DNA from: Candidatus Limnocylindrales bacterium
Lineage (GTDB): Bacteria > Moduliflexota > Moduliflexia > Moduliflexales > JAUQPW01
NCBI GenBank assembly: GCA_035559535.1
Contig: DATMBG010000021.1
Span: 186,001 to 226,397 of the forward strand
Direction: 5' to 3'
DNA length: 40,397 nt
Shown: positions 19,392-28,958 of the stretch, piece by piece
Position numbering within the stretch: the stretch's first letter is position 1
How the letters are laid out: the number at the start of each line of letters is the position of its first letter
The notes under the pieces: model-generated
The model's database searches: none
What the model was told of the DNA's origin: nothing
What the model saw: only the letters and a program-made list of their open reading frames with translations
Program-made: the position numbers and the translations under genes

Positions 19392-21205
19392 GATTTATCT
19401 GTTGTTGGCCGTTCGTTGTCCGTAACCCGGGGTTGGTTGTTTAATACCGGGTATCCAGAGTCTACTCTGACCGACGATGGATAACGGACAGCAGATGCCT
19501 GCATTTCATACAACCGGGTATAAATTCCATTTAGTTTTAGAAGTTCCTCATGGGTTCCTTCCTCGACGATTCGTCCATGATCCAGGACCAGGATTTTATG
19601 GGCATTTTGAATGGTAGACAGGCGATGGGCGATGATCAAGGTTGTACGGTCTCGCATGAGATTACCCAAAGCTTCCTGGACCACTCTTTCAGATTCTCCA
19701 TCCAGGGAAGAGGTTGCTTCGTCCAGGATCATGATGGGAGGATTCTTGAGAATGGCCCGGGCGATGGCAATCCGTTGTCGTTCCCCACCGGAAAGCCTGA
19801 GTCCCCTCTCTCCGATGACGGTCTGGTAACCTTCCGGAAGCTTCATAATGAATTCATGGGCACAGGCTGCCTTGGCTGCCTGTATGACCTCCTCCAGGGA
19901 AGCTTCGGGAACTCCATAGGCGATATTGTTTCGGACCGTATCGTCGAAGAGGATTACATCTTGAGTCACCAGACCGATCTGCCGTCTTAAGGATTTGAGG
20001 GTTACCCGGCTGATATCCACCCCGTCGATTCGAATAGTTCCCGAGGTCGGGTCATAAAATCGGGGCAGAAGATTCAAAAGGGTTGTTTTGCCCACACCAC
20101 TTACACCGACAAAAGCAGTAACCTCACCGGCCCGGGCCTGGAAATGGATGTTTTTCAAAACCGGCAGGTCTTCATATTGAAAAGAAACATCAACATATTC
20201 GATATCGCCCTTGACAGGTGGTAATTCAATGGCATCGGCCGCCTCTAGAATATCCGGCTGGGTATCCAGAACTTCAAAAACCCTTTCAGCGGCAGCCATG
20301 GCCTGTTGAATTTTATTATTCGTTCGGCTTATTTTTTTGATCGGCTCGTAAAGCATGAGAAGGGCGGTCATAAAAGAGAAAAAGGTTCCCGGACTTGTAA
20401 TTCCATGAATAACCTCATAACCCCCGTACCACATGACTCCGGCTACCCCCAGTCCTCCCAACAATTCCGAGACAGAAGAAGAAGTTGCATGAATCCGGGC
20501 AGATTTCATAGCCATATGAAAATAATCCTCTATAACCTGGGCGAAACGAGCGCTCTCCCTTTCTTCTGCACAAAAAGCCTTTACAATATGAATTCCCGAG
20601 ATTTTCTCCTGAAGGATATGGGTAATATCCGCCATCTTCATCTGAGTGGCCCGGGTTATTTTCCGAACTTTTTGACCAAATCGGGTAATAAATAAAAAAC
20701 CCAAGGGAAGGACCGAAAGAGAAATCAGCGCCAGCAGCCAGTGTCGATAGAAAATCACCCCTAACAATCCTAGAATGGTAAAACCGTCCCGGATCAGGTC
20801 GGCCAGCATATGAGAGACTACCACGTGGAGGAGCGTTACATCATTGGTAATTCGGGAGATCAAAATTCCGGTGGGGGTCTTAGAAAAGTATCGAAGGGAT
20901 AAAAATTGAATATGGTGAAAGAGCTGATTGCGTAATTTCAGAATGACCTTTTCACCGGCATAAGCGATCAACGTCGCCTGCCCATAAGCAAAGAGACCTT
21001 TTAAGCCCAGGAGAACGATGACCACAACGGGAATGATCAGTAACATAAATTGATCTTTGTTGGCAAAGATATCGTCCACTACGTTTTTTACAATCAAAGC
21101 CGAAATTGCCGTGCAGAGAGCCACCAGGGCTGAACAGATCATCGATCCTAAGATCCACTTCCAGTAGGGTATGGCGTAAGAGAGCAAACGCTTATAAAGT
21201 TCCAT
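19388..21205 (-). CDS. msbA: Lipid A export ABC transporter MsbA-like
   Basis: TM domain plus NBD (GVSGVGKTT, LSGGERQR, ILDEATSSLD); LPS gene context. Confidence 0.85.
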   Translation of the reverse strand: MELYKRLLSYAIPYWKWILGSMICSALVALCTAISALIVKNVVDDIFANKDQFMLLIIPVVVIVLLGLKGLFAYGQATLIAYAGEKVILKLRNQLFHHIQFLSLRYFSKTPTGILISRITNDVTLLHVVVSHMLADLIRDGFTILGLLGVIFYRHWLLALISLSVLPLGFLFITRFGQKVRKITRATQMKMADITHILQEKISGIHIVKAFCAEERESARFAQVIEDYFHMAMKSARIHATSSSVSELLGGLGVAGVMWYGGYEVIHGITSPGTFFSFMTALLMLYEPIKKISRTNNKIQQAMAAAERVFEVLDTQPDILEAADAIELPPVKGDIEYVDVSFQYEDLPVLKNIHFQARAGEVTAFVGVSGVGKTTLLNLLPRFYDPTSGTIRIDGVDISRVTLKSLRRQIGLVTQDVILFDDTVRNNIAYGVPEASLEEVIQAAKAACAHEFIMKLPEGYQTVIGERGLRLSGGERQRIAIARAILKNPPIMILDEATSSLDGESERVVQEALGNLMRDRTTLIIAHRLSTIQNAHKILVLDHGRIVEEGTHEELLKLNGIYTRLYEMQASAVRYPSSVRVDSGYPVLNNQPRVTDNERPTTDKS

Positions 21206-21587
21206 GGTTCTATCTTGTTTTTCCCTTTAAAGATCGAAGGTTTTCCTTTTTTGAACAACAATAAAACTATAACGAATAAAACTATAATGGTTCCAAAGGA
21301 ATTTGTCCAGGTTTAAGTTCCTTGAAAAGACGGAAGAATCCCTGTTATTGCTTGTGAAAGAATTATCTACCAGGAGAATCTCAAGTCCACAAAACCCTTG
21401 GGGGTAACTTCATCTCCCCGTTAAAGTATCCTGTAACTATAGAGAAGGCGATCTTCCTGCAATGAAGCGACATTTTCATAGAGGGATCGACACAATTTCA
21501 CAAAAGCCTTGACGAAACAAGGAGAACTTACCATAATGAATGAAAATCACAACATCGGACTTATTTTAACATCAAAAGGGGGAGGTT

Positions 21588-22976
21588 ATGTCAAGGGTTA
21601 TTATTATAGGCGCCGGAAAAGGGGGAAAAGCTTTATTGGAGATTTTCCATGGAGATTCCGGAGTGACCATTGTAGGGGTTGCCGATATCAATCCCCATGC
21701 TCCGGGGATAGAGTTGGCCAGAAAATTAGGTATTCCGGTCACCACCGATTATCGCAAACTCTTGAAAAGTGAAGAGATCGATTTAATTATCAACGTAACA
21801 GGCAATCCCCAGTTGGATAAAGAGATTTATGCACATAAACCGGAGGGAGCCGAAATTATGGGTGGTGTCAGTGCCAAGTTCATGTGGGATCTCATTGAAG
21901 TACAAAAACGAAAGGACGAGCTTCTTCTGGAAGAACGAAAAAAGAAAGAAGAATTAGAATACAAATACAAATTGATGTTAAGGGAGCTGGCTTCCAAGTC
22001 TGAGAGTGAGTTTATCATCGGCAACAATCCCAAGATGAAAGAGATTGGGGAGCTAATCCTCAAGGTAGCTCCGACACCGACCACCGTACTCATTCGAGGG
22101 GAGAGTGGTACCGGGAAGGAGTTGATTGCCCGGGCCATTCACAAATACAGTCATCTTAAGGACAAGCCTCTGGTTACGGTAAATTGTACAGCGTTAACTC
22201 CGACTCTCATGGAAAGTGAGCTTTTCGGCCATAAAAAGGGATCTTTTACCGGAGCCATTAAAGACAAGATCGGGTTGTTTGAGAAAGCCGATGGAGGAAC
22301 TATTTTTCTGGATGAAATCGGAGATATGAACATGGCCATGCAGTCGAAGTTGTTGCGGGTCCTTCAGACAGGAGAGATTAAAGCTGTTGGAGATGTAACC
22401 ACGAAGAAGGTCAAAGTCCGGATTATCGCAGCTACCAACCGAAACTTAGAAGAAGCCATTGAAAAGGGAGAGTTTCGAGAAGATCTTTTCTATCGGTTTA
22501 ACACGTTTACGATATTTGTACCTCCCTTACGGGACCGAGTGGAAGATATACCCACCCTGGCCTATCATTTTCTCCGGAAGGCAGAAGCCAAAGTTAACAA
22601 GAAGGTGGAAAGGATCTCTCCCGAAGCCATGGAATACTTGAAAAGTTATCACTGGCCTGGAAACCTTCGGGAGTTAGAAAATATCATCGAGCGGGCGGTT
22701 GTTTTAACCTTATCCACCCAGATCGAAGTCGGCCATCTTCCCCTTCATATCCAGGAAAAAAGACCCAGGCTGAACATCCAGGAGGGATTCATGAAGGCCA
22801 AGGAAAGGGCCATTGCCGAGTTTGAACGAGAATCCCTTATCCGATATCTTTCTGAAACCAACGGGAATATCTCCAGGGCCGCCCAAAAAGCTCAGATCCC
22901 CCGTCGGACCTTTCATCGCCTGTTGGCAAAACATGGCATCTCGGCCGTAGAATTTAAACTACAAAAAAAGTACTGA
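21588..22976 (+). CDS. Sigma-54-dependent activator with an N-terminal Rossmann-like domain
   Basis: IIGAGKGG N-domain; GESGTGKE, ESELFGHKKGSFTGA, FLDEIG, WPGNLREL; Fis-type HTH. Confidence 0.92.
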   Translation: MSRVIIIGAGKGGKALLEIFHGDSGVTIVGVADINPHAPGIELARKLGIPVTTDYRKLLKSEEIDLIINVTGNPQLDKEIYAHKPEGAEIMGGVSAKFMWDLIEVQKRKDELLLEERKKKEELEYKYKLMLRELASKSESEFIIGNNPKMKEIGELILKVAPTPTTVLIRGESGTGKELIARAIHKYSHLKDKPLVTVNCTALTPTLMESELFGHKKGSFTGAIKDKIGLFEKADGGTIFLDEIGDMNMAMQSKLLRVLQTGEIKAVGDVTTKKVKVRIIAATNRNLEEAIEKGEFREDLFYRFNTFTIFVPPLRDRVEDIPTLAYHFLRKAEAKVNKKVERISPEAMEYLKSYHWPGNLRELENIIERAVVLTLSTQIEVGHLPLHIQEKRPRLNIQEGFMKAKERAIAEFERESLIRYLSETNGNISRAAQKAQIPRRTFHRLLAKHGISAVEFKLQKKY

Positions 22977-22983
22977 GTACTGA

Positions 22984-23187
22984 AGGACTTTGGGACACGG
23001 GGATTTTGGGACGCGGGGACGCGGGGACTTTTGAGACATTTCCTCAACATAATCAGAGGTTATATAAGTAAGATTAGCTGGAACCGGGAGAAAGGGGGAC
23101 TTTTGAGGCATTTCCCCACATCTCTCAGTTCCCGCGTCCCCGTGTCCCAAAATCCCCGTGTCCCCATGTCCCCGCGTCTCCGTGTCC
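22984..23187. repeat. Octamer tandem/inverted repeats (ggacgcgg/ggacacgg ... ccccgtgt/ccccgcgt) between convergent genes
   Basis: G-rich units followed by complementary C-rich units. Confidence 0.75.
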
Positions 23188-23192
23188 TTTAT

Positions 23193-24605
23193 TTAATAAG
23201 CATGGTCGTTGACCATCCCTTTCCAGAGGGTAAGGAGAAGGATTTTGATATCAAATAAGAGGGACCAATTGGCGATATAGTAAAGGTCGTATTCGATCCG
23301 CTTTTCAATGGAAGTATTTCCCCGCCAGCCGTTGACCTGAGCCCATCCGGTCATACCGGACTTGACCTTATGGCGAAGAATGTATTGAGGGAATTTTTCT
23401 GTAAATTGTTCAACAAAGGGAGGTCGTTCGGGTCGAGGACCGACCAGACTCATTTCTCCCTTCAAGACGTTAAAGAGCTGAGGAAGTTCATCCAGACTGG
23501 TTCTCCGCATAAAAGCCCCGATTTTGGTTCGACGAGGATCGTTTTTCTTTGCCCAGACGGCTCCGGTCCTTTGCTCCGCATTGACATACATAGATCTGAA
23601 CTTATACATATTGAAAACCCGTCCGTCCAGTCCCATTCGTTGCTGAACGTAAAAAATCGGTCCTGGGGAAGTTAACTTAATCAGGATGGCCAGGATGATC
23701 ATGATAGGAGCGAACAGGATGATTCCAATCAGGGACAGGAGGATATCGAACCCACGTTTGATAATACTATTCCAACCCTGAAGTGGTGTTTCCCGCAGGG
23801 TTACGATGGGAATACCGTCTAACTCGTCGACACCCCCTTTGAGGGCTACATATTGGACCAGATCCGGAACGACTTTAATATCCACATATTCCCGATCCAG
23901 GGTATTCAAGATAGAGAGAAGGCGTTCATGGGCACTCAAAGGCAAGGCAATAAAAAGCTGTTGAATCTGATGGGTTTGAATAACTTCTCGCAGATCATCC
24001 AGAGTACCCAGTACCGGAACTCCCTCGATGATTTTCCCTTGTTTTGCCGGATCGTCATCCACAAACCCCCGCACATTTAATCCAAGCCCTGAATAGTAAC
24101 GGGCTTTACGAACAAGCAATTGGCCTAACTCCCCGGCTCCCGCAATCAGGATATGGCGCAGATTATATCCCTTACTCCGGGCGTAGGAGATGAGATCATG
24201 GAACAAAGCTCTTCCGATGCCGATGAGAAAGACATCGATGGCCCAGAAGTAGAGAAGACCTAATCGGGAATAGGTGGTGAGCGGAAAGAAAAAGAAATTA
24301 AACGTAATAAGGAAGAGAGTCCCCAGCGTTACCGCTTGAAAGACCGTAACAAACTCATCAATTTTTGAATGGCCCCGGCGGGGAAGATAGAGACCACACA
24401 GCTTAAAAACGATGGGCCAGATGACCAGGATGGGATATAAAGCTTGTAAATAAAGGGATAAAGGTGGAATCCCTTTGGTTACCGGAACTATGTCCGTATA
24501 AAATCTTAAAGTGTAAGCCAGAAGTAGAGAAAGTGCTGTTGCAATAAGATCAATCGTTACCAGTCCCGTTAAAATCAACGGATGGTTTTTTTTCAATGAA
24601 GCCAT
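23193..24605 (-). CDS. Undecaprenyl-phosphate glucose phosphotransferase (WcaJ-like)
   Basis: TM region, Rossmann-like domain, KFRSM, SLDELPQLFNVLKGEMSLVGPRPERP, GMTGWAQVNG. Confidence 0.93.
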   Translation of the reverse strand: MASLKKNHPLILTGLVTIDLIATALSLLLAYTLRFYTDIVPVTKGIPPLSLYLQALYPILVIWPIVFKLCGLYLPRRGHSKIDEFVTVFQAVTLGTLFLITFNFFFFPLTTYSRLGLLYFWAIDVFLIGIGRALFHDLISYARSKGYNLRHILIAGAGELGQLLVRKARYYSGLGLNVRGFVDDDPAKQGKIIEGVPVLGTLDDLREVIQTHQIQQLFIALPLSAHERLLSILNTLDREYVDIKVVPDLVQYVALKGGVDELDGIPIVTLRETPLQGWNSIIKRGFDILLSLIGIILFAPIMIILAILIKLTSPGPIFYVQQRMGLDGRVFNMYKFRSMYVNAEQRTGAVWAKKNDPRRTKIGAFMRRTSLDELPQLFNVLKGEMSLVGPRPERPPFVEQFTEKFPQYILRHKVKSGMTGWAQVNGWRGNTSIEKRIEYDLYYIANWSLLFDIKILLLTLWKGMVNDHAY

Positions 24606-24833
24606 ACCTCCCTTTCTCCTGTCCAGTTTCTAAATCACTTCCATTATCCAGATATCCAAACAACTCTTCCCTAACACTTTTCGACTTTAAATTTGTAAAA
24701 AGGGAAAGCTTAACTCTATAAAACGCAATTAATTAAACACACAGGTTACCCTTCTGTCAACAAAAATTCTCACTTAAAAAATGCAAAAGATATTTTATTG
24801 ACATTCTTTCCAAAATTCAAGATAGATTAAGTT

Positions 24834-25490
24834 ATGAAAAATAAAAACTACTATGAGATTTTGGGAATTTCCAGGGAGGCTTCCGAGGCCGAGATCAAGG
24901 CAGCGTATCGAAGGGCTGCCTTAAAGTATCATCCAGATAGAAATCCTGGAAATGCAGAGGCTGCCGAAAAGTTCAAAGAAGCTGCCGAGGCCTACGAAGT
25001 TCTCTCCGATCCCGAGAAGCGTAGACTATACGATCGGTACGGGCCTGATTTTGGCCGAAAGGGTCGTACGACTCGAGAACAAAAGCAGGAGCCCCCCTCC
25101 TACGAACCTTCCGACATGATGGAAGAAGTTTTGATCGAGTTGGGCTGGGCGTTGGTGAAAGAGCATGGAAAGTACATCCCCGAGCATGTTTTCGACACCC
25201 TGTTCCAGGATGAACTCCAGGCCCATATACGGCTTCCTTTCATTTACGAACGCATCCCCCATCCTGCTACGGGTCGACCGGTCGTCTGGATGAAAAAAAT
25301 CAAGAAGAGCAAGATATCAGCTACCCGGGCGCAACAGACCGAAGATAACCTCTCCCGTCTGAAAAGTGCGTTGAAAGAAGCCGGGCTTTCCCTGGAAGAC
25401 CTCTCCTACTCTGAAATCCTCCAATTTACCAAAGAGCTAGGCATTACGCTGGGTACCAAGATCCTGAAAAAATTGATGAGGAGAGAGTAG
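24834..25490 (+). CDS. J-domain (DnaJ-type) protein with an unrecognised C-terminal region
   Basis: [30 protein letters not shown]; no G/F-rich or zinc-finger region. Confidence 0.85.
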   Translation: MKNKNYYEILGISREASEAEIKAAYRRAALKYHPDRNPGNAEAAEKFKEAAEAYEVLSDPEKRRLYDRYGPDFGRKGRTTREQKQEPPSYEPSDMMEEVLIELGWALVKEHGKYIPEHVFDTLFQDELQAHIRLPFIYERIPHPATGRPVVWMKKIKKSKISATRAQQTEDNLSRLKSALKEAGLSLEDLSYSEILQFTKELGITLGTKILKKLMRRE

Positions 25491-25625
25491 TACCGGCCTG
25501 GCCGTCGGATATTGGAATACCTTTTAGATCATATAAAACTTAGAGTTCTCACCGGCATGAACTGTAGCAGTTCCCAAGCTATCCCACCCAACTTTACAAA
25601 AATTTTGAAACCTTTTTGTCCTTTT

Positions 25626-26027
25626 CTATTCTACGAACCGAGAGGGTAAAACCTCTTCCTCCCCCATTTTATCCTCAATAAAAGCCAGCCGGGATTCTAT
25701 TCTTTCAAAGGCAGTTGCCATGGTAAATTCCAACTGCCTGAACCGTTCGCTCTCCAGAAGGGAGGGGTTGGAACTTTTCAATTTTCTGAGTTGGGCGATG
25801 AGTTGGAGGATCCATTCCAGGAGGAAGAGGGCCAGGTAGCTGAAGAGGATAATGAGGGCAAGAACGGTGGTCGTTATACTGATCACCAGCAGAAATCGAA
25901 CATCCTGGGGAGTCAAGAGGGGACCTGCCAGTTGAAAAAGGTTATAGAGCAAATAAATTCCTGCCAGTCCTCCAAAAACGGTCAGGATCCTCAAGGAGTC
26001 TGCCAGGGGATTTTGGGATTTTTGCAT
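25626..26027 (-). CDS. Hypothetical membrane protein (2 TM plus short coiled coil)
   Basis: Two hydrophobic segments; GGAGGTGA RBS upstream on the minus strand. Confidence 0.65.
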   Translation of the reverse strand: MQKSQNPLADSLRILTVFGGLAGIYLLYNLFQLAGPLLTPQDVRFLLVISITTTVLALIILFSYLALFLLEWILQLIAQLRKLKSSNPSLLESERFRQLEFTMATAFERIESRLAFIEDKMGEEEVLPSRFVE

Positions 26028-26378
26028 GATAGATCACCTCCAGGGAATGGATAGACTTTCTGGTTTTTCAAACCAGATTTTTTTCTTAACGATACCATTG
26101 CATTTTTTCCAAGGTCTATCCGTTTGTATTCAATTCAATTGAAGCACTTCCTGGTTTCTAAGGCCTCTCCCTGTTCACCCTGGGTTTGTTGAAGGGGGAA
26201 CACCCTCCGAAGGGCAGGGTCGGGTTAAAGGCCGATTTCAATCAAAGGGTTAGAGATACGTATGCAGATAATATACAGGCGAATAAAAGGAGAAGTCAAA
26301 GGAAAATTAACCGGGTGAAAAGAAAGACTTGGGAGGAAAGGGATTGGTTTTTATTTTTTTCCGGGCCTATTTCTCTCC

Positions 26379-26407
26379 TTGACAGAGGATCACCGGTTTT
26401 ATAAAAT
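26379..26407 (+). promoter_or_regulatory. Sigma70-like promoter upstream of the WYL gene
   Basis: TTGACA-N17-TAAAAT. Confidence 0.65.
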
Positions 26408-26498
26408 TTTATCCAACTTCTTACCGATTTCCTATCCTTGCCTTTCGTAAGGGAAAAACTTCAACTGTCCGGACAAAAAATTAAAAATTTTTACCCTC

Positions 26499-26519
26499 AA
26501 TCCAGACAGGGGCGGACTC
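26499..26519. promoter_or_regulatory. Putative WYL operator box 1
   Basis: aaTCCagacaggggcGGActc; near-identical to 35733-35753. Confidence 0.55.
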
Positions 26520-26572
26520 AACGGGTGTCAGGGTCTGGTGAGAGCCAGATTCGGAGACCTAAGTTAGGGTTG

Positions 26573-27592
26573 ATGTTAAAAGAAACAAATCATTCAAACT
26601 TCAATTATGGAGCGACCAAGTTTGCACGCATGATCCGCCTCATGTCGGAGGTCAAGACCAACCCTTATCAACGACCGGAGGAGCTTTGGCGACTGTTGGG
26701 GATCAAGCGTTCGCAGTTTTTTGAAGATCGGAAGGTACTGGCCCAATTCGGTTTTGAATTCAAATATGATCGGCGCGAGAAGAGGTATAAGATAATCCGG
26801 GACATTTTCATTCCTGTGCTGGACCTTACGGTAACCGAAGTGATCAGTCTGGCCATGGCCGTACGTCAGCTTTCGGCGGCCGGGGATCATACCCTTGTTT
26901 GGGATGCCGTACAGGCGATTCGAAAGATTGCGGCCAATGCTCCTGAAGCGGCGAGTGAGATGCTTTCCTATGCGATTAACCAGAAAACCCTCAAAGATAC
27001 GTTCAAAGTCAGCCCAAAATGGATGAATCTGCTCTGGCAAGCCCGGCAGAATCGCCATCGTGTCAGGATACTCTATGAGGATTACTCCCGAGGGCAAAAA
27101 CGTTGGTTTCTGGCCGATATTTACATGATTTACTTCAAAGGTCGAGCCTTGTATGTAGATGCCTATTTACCCGGCGAGGATCGTATCGCCATGTTAAGGG
27201 CCAGCCGGATCAAGCAGGTGGAGCTACTTTCGGAAGAGTTTCAGGTGCATCCCGACTATAACTTTCATGAACGTCACCGTTACAGCTTTCGGGTCATGAT
27301 CAGTGAAAGCAAACCCGTACGGGTACGAATTCGCTTCGATCCGAAAATTGCCCCTTACATTCGTGAAGCCTACTGGCATGAATCCCAGCAGATTCTTGGA
27401 TGCGACGATGGAGGGTTGATTCTGAGTTTGACCGTAGCCGAGCCGCAGGAAGTGTTGTGGTATCTGGTCTTTCCTTGGGGTGAAGGGGCCGAGATCCTCG
27501 AGCCTGAGTCGCTACGCCAGGAAGCGGCCAGAGTTGCGCTTCAGGTGTATAAGCGGTATACAGAAAAAAAAGATCCCGGATTTGAAACCTGA
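26573..27592 (+). CDS. WYL-domain transcriptional regulator (wHTH-WYL-WCX, PafC/YafY-like)
   Basis: HTH (EELWRLLGIKRSQFFEDRKVL), YFKGRALYVDAY, LRASRIK, YIREAYWHESQ, WGEGAEILEPESLR; ATG 26573 supported by the homologous relic at 35807. Confidence 0.9.
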   Translation: MLKETNHSNFNYGATKFARMIRLMSEVKTNPYQRPEELWRLLGIKRSQFFEDRKVLAQFGFEFKYDRREKRYKIIRDIFIPVLDLTVTEVISLAMAVRQLSAAGDHTLVWDAVQAIRKIAANAPEAASEMLSYAINQKTLKDTFKVSPKWMNLLWQARQNRHRVRILYEDYSRGQKRWFLADIYMIYFKGRALYVDAYLPGEDRIAMLRASRIKQVELLSEEFQVHPDYNFHERHRYSFRVMISESKPVRVRIRFDPKIAPYIREAYWHESQQILGCDDGGLILSLTVAEPQEVLWYLVFPWGEGAEILEPESLRQEAARVALQVYKRYTEKKDPGFET

Positions 27593-27656
27593 AATCTTTG
27601 CAGTTCATAAGGGATAGGTTGAGGGCGTCCGACAGCAGGTGGAGGGAGGGTAAGAT

Positions 27657-28205
27657 ATGTCCAGACAGGATATCAAAACGATTATTTTTTTAACCTTTCT
27701 ATTGCTTGCCATCCCGGGCTGTGGAGACGATGACGATCATAATGACCTGACACCCAATGTAGCAGGGGTTTGGAATCTCAGCGCGAATCTGACAAGTAAC
27801 AGTTGTCCTGTTCCGGCCACGCCCATTGTTGTGGATCAATTTTCCATAACCCAAAATGGGAACGCACTAACCGCCGTGGATACAAGCGGAGCGCCTTATA
27901 CCGGAAGCATTACAGGTAACACCATCAGGTTATCGCTGGCGACTCCCACGACCGAAACAGAGGATTCCTGTACCCTCACAGGGGATATCGATGTCCTGGC
28001 GTTTGTGAACCCTGGGGAGGTAAATCCCAGCCGGGCCACCGGGACCCTCAGTTTTCTCTTTACCTCGAGTGGGAGCTGTGCACTTCCGATAAACTGTCGG
28101 GTGGACCACAGTTTAACCATGGAACGGGCAGGAGTGGCCAAGGAGCAGCCGTCGGGTTATCCGGGTTTAAGGAAAGTGTTAGGAGAGATGATGAACAGGT
28201 TTTAA
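27657..28205 (+). CDS. Hypothetical beta-rich lipoprotein
   Basis: Lipobox IPGC followed by GDDDD, NVAGVWNL; GGAGG RBS. Confidence 0.8.
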   Translation: MSRQDIKTIIFLTFLLLAIPGCGDDDDHNDLTPNVAGVWNLSANLTSNSCPVPATPIVVDQFSITQNGNALTAVDTSGAPYTGSITGNTIRLSLATPTTETEDSCTLTGDIDVLAFVNPGEVNPSRATGTLSFLFTSSGSCALPINCRVDHSLTMERAGVAKEQPSGYPGLRKVLGEMMNRF

Positions 28206-28218
28206 GTGAAAGAGCTGT

Positions 28219-28241
28219 AAGCGGCCCGCAAAGGGCCGCTT
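28219..28241 (+). terminator. GC-rich hairpin after the lipoprotein gene
   Basis: aagcggccc-gcaaa-gggccgctt; weak U-tract. Confidence 0.5.
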
Positions 28242-28242
28242 C

Positions 28243-28377
28243 ATGGGGATAAGGGTTTTCTTTGATAAAGGGTTAGGCGAGTTAGCCATAGAATGGATTC
28301 ACCTTCAGTGGGGGCGGGCCCTTTTAATCATGGGAGCCGTTTTAGTAATTGCCGGGGCTATTGTAAAGGAAAGCTGA
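28243..28377 (+). pseudogene. 44-aa hydrophobic ORF, probably a C-terminal fragment of a membrane protein
   Basis: MGIRVFFDKGLGELAIEWIHLQWGRALLIMGAVLVIAGAIVKES; one TM; no RBS. Confidence 0.35.
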
Positions 28378-28598
28378 GTTGCTCACTCTACTCTACAGCT
28401 ACTTGCTCGGATTTTTAATGTGTCACTTTCAGCGATGCGTTGTCGGTTGCCTGCGCTTGGGTTTTTGAAAGATTCTGAAAAAGAAGGGCAACCGGGTCTA
28501 TTTGAGTAGAAGTGTGATAGGTAAGTCATGAAGGCTCAAAGGTTATCGTTACAAATACCGTGAATCGATACTCCATGATCATAAAGGAGGGTGATGAG

Positions 28599-28958
28599 AT
28601 GAGTTTACAGGAACAGATTACAAAAAGCAAAGAAATAAAAAGAGTCGCCGGCTACCTGAGAAATGTGTTTGAAGTAGAAATTGCCTATGATATCTTAGAT
28701 AAAATTGCCAAGGCACGAAAAATCGAAGATTTTTGCGAAGGTCTGTATACCGCTCTAAGACTTCAGGAAAAGACTCAGAGAGAAAAAAAGAAAGAAGGTA
28801 TTAACAACATTTATATCCCGTCGGGAGATGATCTTCAGAAGGTTGTGGAGCTTGCTAAGCAAAACCTTAAGGAAACATCGAGGTATTTAGCTTCTCTAGC
28901 CTTGGCATATCCAAGTAAAAGAACTGAGAAAAAGGAGGAATCGATATCATGTTTTTAA
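28599..28958 (+). CDS. csa5: Type I-A Cascade small subunit Csa5/Cas11a
   Basis: AYDILDKIAKARKIEDFCEGLYTALRL, IPSGDDL; first gene of the cas operon; RBS AAGGAGG. Confidence 0.82.
   Translation: MSLQEQITKSKEIKRVAGYLRNVFEVEIAYDILDKIAKARKIEDFCEGLYTALRLQEKTQREKKKEGINNIYIPSGDDLQKVVELAKQNLKETSRYLASLALAYPSKRTEKKEESISCF

Noticed and set aside
26110-26245. ATTGAAGC / TTGAAG motifs resembling CRISPR repeat ends
   Set aside because: No repeated unit or regular spacing
26438-26572. Longer TTG-start WYL protein
   Set aside because: Region holds the operator-like box and AT tract; the relic copy supports ATG 26573
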